64,000 nt of DNA from Candidatus Poribacteria bacterium. GTDB taxonomy: Bacteria; Poribacteria; WGA-4E; UBA9662. Location of the stretch: the NCBI GenBank assembly GCA_036339735.1, contig JAYZAL010000041.1:1-64000 (forward strand). Reading direction: 5' to 3'. The notes under the pieces are model-generated. The model worked only from the letters and a program-made list of their open reading frames with translations. It was not told the origin of the DNA and did no database searches. Positions 61,770-64,000 of the stretch are shown piece by piece (position 1 is the stretch's first letter; every line of letters starts with the position of its first letter). The translations under genes were made by a program, and so were the position numbers.

Positions 61770-63071
61770 CTAACCAAATTCATATGTAACTAAAGCTTGC
61801 AATTTTTCTACTACTTTGGGTTGATCAAGAATGAGGTTTTGCGTTTCGGCAGGATCGTTTTTCAAATCAAAAAGCCAAGACTGACCTTCAAAACCTTGTA
61901 CCAATTTGTGATGACCATCGTAAACCAATCTCCAATTATCTAGACCTGACAGCACGTATCGACGATGAACCTGATCATTACCAGATAAAACCGATCGTAG
62001 GGTTCTCCCGTGTAGTTGAGAAGGTATCTTTGAATTAGCTTGATCTAGAAAGGTAGCAGTTAAGTCGATTAGACTAACTGGGATATCCGTTACAAAACCA
62101 GGTTTAACATTTGGTCCAGCGATAATTAAAGGTACGCCTATTGAAGATTGATAAGGCAAAGACTTACCCCATCTGTCATGATCACCTAGCATCTCACCAT
62201 GATCACTGCTGAAAACAATTAGTGTATTATCTAACTGATTTCTTTCGGATAGCCAATTGATGTATATGCCTAACCAACGATCAATGTTCTCAATCATAGC
62301 AGAATAATTTTGCCGAACCTCATTTATTTCATCGGTAACCAATCGGTTGGTTGGGTGAGGAGGTGGAAAGTCAAATCCAGCATAAGTCGACTTCATTCGA
62401 CTAGTTAGATCCCATGGGCTATGTGGACCTGTGAAGTTTATTTGTAAAAACCACGGACTACTATCGGAACATTGATTGAGTAGATTAAGCCCGTTTTGGG
62501 CGATCCAATTGTCACAGTAGGCACTTTCTGGTAAATCGGTGGGAAAAGTTGCCATTTTATTACTTCTTCGGCGTGCCATATCACTCAAGTGAACGTCAAC
62601 TAACCCTTCTTGATACAGATAGTACATGTAGGGATCTTTTGGTTTTTCAGCCCCACTGCGAACAGCATCCCACTTACCAGCGTTGTCTATACCGTCAGTA
62701 AATCCCCAATCTTTAATCGATCCCTTTCCATCTATCCCCCAAGAAGAAGTCGCTTTATGCAGATCGAACTTGCCACAACCCATCACTGAATAGCCTACGT
62801 TCTGTAAAGCTTGATAAAACGTCCAGTTCTCCAATGGATAATTATGACTGTTGTCTGGAACAGCACAATAATCATACTCCATACCAGAAGCTAAACAGGC
62901 ACGGGCTGGTGCACAGACAGGCGAAGGCGTAACTGCATTAGTAAATCTCACGCCATTCTGGGCTAGTTCATCCAAGTAGGGGGTACGAACAGCATTGGTT
63001 GGTTCAGCACCGATCCAATCATGTCGATGTTGATCAGGAAAAAAGAAAAGAATATTTGGTTGTTGATTCAC
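61770..63071 (-). CDS. Formylglycine-dependent (S1) sulfatase
   Basis: QPNILFFFPDQHR, CAPAR (CxPxR) motif, GKFDL, GPHSP, SSDHGEMLGDH, LFDLKNDPAE. Confidence 0.93.
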   Translation of the reverse strand: MNQQPNILFFFPDQHRHDWIGAEPTNAVRTPYLDELAQNGVRFTNAVTPSPVCAPARACLASGMEYDYCAVPDNSHNYPLENWTFYQALQNVGYSVMGCGKFDLHKATSSWGIDGKGSIKDWGFTDGIDNAGKWDAVRSGAEKPKDPYMYYLYQEGLVDVHLSDMARRRSNKMATFPTDLPESAYCDNWIAQNGLNLLNQCSDSSPWFLQINFTGPHSPWDLTSRMKSTYAGFDFPPPHPTNRLVTDEINEVRQNYSAMIENIDRWLGIYINWLSERNQLDNTLIVFSSDHGEMLGDHDRWGKSLPYQSSIGVPLIIAGPNVKPGFVTDIPVSLIDLTATFLDQANSKIPSQLHGRTLRSVLSGNDQVHRRYVLSGLDNWRLVYDGHHKLVQGFEGQSWLFDLKNDPAETQNLILDQPKVVEKLQALVTYEFG

Positions 63072-63127
63072 TATAACAGACGAGCTAATCGGGTTAATTT
63101 GTATTCTAAGCGTAAATTATAATTATG

Positions 63128-64000
63128 TCAATCCAATCCAGTTTTATCATTTTCAATTTGTTCTAGCAACTGAGATAACATCCGCTTAAAGTCATCTACT
63201 TCATTGAATAAATCTGTGCCCTGAACAGAATGTTTCTCTCGGTAAAATTGATCGAAAACATCTTGAGGGGATTGGGTTACAATATCCGAAGCAGAAAAAT
63301 TATGGTGCTTATGATTTTCCGTTATAATTTCAACTGTTAACACATATCCACCTCGATCAGCAAAAGCTTGCCGAATTTGGTCTGCCATTCCCACTGTCGG
63401 TTGGGAACTTAACAATTTCACTTCGATGTATACATCTTTCCAATCTTGGTCAATTGAAGCAGCCAAAGATAAGATTTGGTTTATCTCTCCTTCCAACGTC
63501 ACCAAACGTCGAAAAGTAGGAATGGTAATTTCTTTCCAATTTTCACCCGGCATTTTTTTATTTTGATTAAATTCGATTAGGGAGATTTTCTTATCCATTT
63601 TAGCCTCTCTGAAGGTCATTGGTATTGGTGTTCCAGAGTATCGAATTGGATAATTCTGGCCGGACAGCGATTGAGATTGGTGTAAATGACCAAGTGCTAC
63701 ATAATCGACTGTCGACGGAAAATCATTGACTCGAACAGAATTCAGACCACCAATCAAAATATTCCTTTCAGAACCAGTATTAGAAGCACCTTGGACCGTT
63801 AAGTGTCCCATCAATATTTTGCCTAAATCAGTTGGGATTAAGTTGACACACTCCCGATAGATTTGTCGGATGGCAGATCGATATCGATCATGACGATTAG
63901 AAGTAGATTCCAGCGATTGATGTGAGAGAATCTCATTTTCGGAAAGATAAGGCAGAGCAACAATCGCTATTTTCGGATGATCTTTTGGAAGATAAACAAT
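63128..64000 (-). CDS. sbcD: Exonuclease SbcCD subunit D (partial; 5' end outside the window)
   Basis: Frame open from 64000 (IVYLPKDHPKIAIVALPYLSE...ILMGHLTV); DYVALGHLHQSQ, IRYSGTPIPMTFRE, SbcD C-terminal region. Confidence 0.92.
   Translation of the reverse strand: MVYLPKDHPKIAIVALPYLSENEILSHQSLESTSNRHDRYRSAIRQIYRECVNLIPTDLGKILMGHLTVQGASNTGSERNILIGGLNSVRVNDFPSTVDYVALGHLHQSQSLSGQNYPIRYSGTPIPMTFREAKMDKKISLIEFNQNKKMPGENWKEITIPTFRRLVTLEGEINQILSLAASIDQDWKDVYIEVKLLSSQPTVGMADQIRQAFADRGGYVLTVEIITENHKHHNFSASDIVTQSPQDVFDQFYREKHSVQGTDLFNEVDDFKRMLSQLLEQIENDKTGLD

Overview
Bacterial chromosome segment of roughly 40% GC (estimated by eye), gene-dense with many short gene overlaps. It is most likely from Candidatus Poribacteria. 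This is an inference from two secreted proteins ending in a [SA][VI]xxxDKLxxxWSxIKR tail together with cohesin, CRTAC1/ASPIC, PhyH, sulfatase and HEAT-repeat genes. Positions 1-52 kb are mostly core housekeeping genes in rearranged order: a tandem-cohesin surface protein (missed by the ORF track), pth, GerMN, amidase, rplY, tRNA-Gln(TTG), ispE, rpoC, rpoB, groEL, groES, murB, then argC, a stand-alone dsRBD gene and murD-ftsW-murG-murC-ftsQ-ftsA (no ftsZ follows). After these come an orphan sigma-54 response regulator, a PQQ/SH3/TolB propeller protein, msrA, CRTAC1, ftsY, smc, a 1300-aa HEAT lipoprotein, fused glyQS, a HExxH peptidase, yvcK and glmM. Positions 52-64 kb form an accessory, largely catabolic region: NAGPA-like, CBM9-like, phnW, phage-type thyX, enolase superfamily, PhyH, GH101-like, sulfatase and partial sbcD. 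No CRISPR array, rRNA, transposase or prophage was seen. The most interesting observations are a shared C-terminal putative sorting signal on unrelated secreted proteins, natural substitutions in the RpoB rifampicin pocket (D516Q, S522D, N568S by E. coli numbering), a CxH...CxC insertion at the RpoC N-terminus, a stand-alone dsRBD protein, a phage-type ThyX, and a rod-like candidate ncRNA near 60.6 kb. All family calls come from motif recognition by eye; no database search was run.
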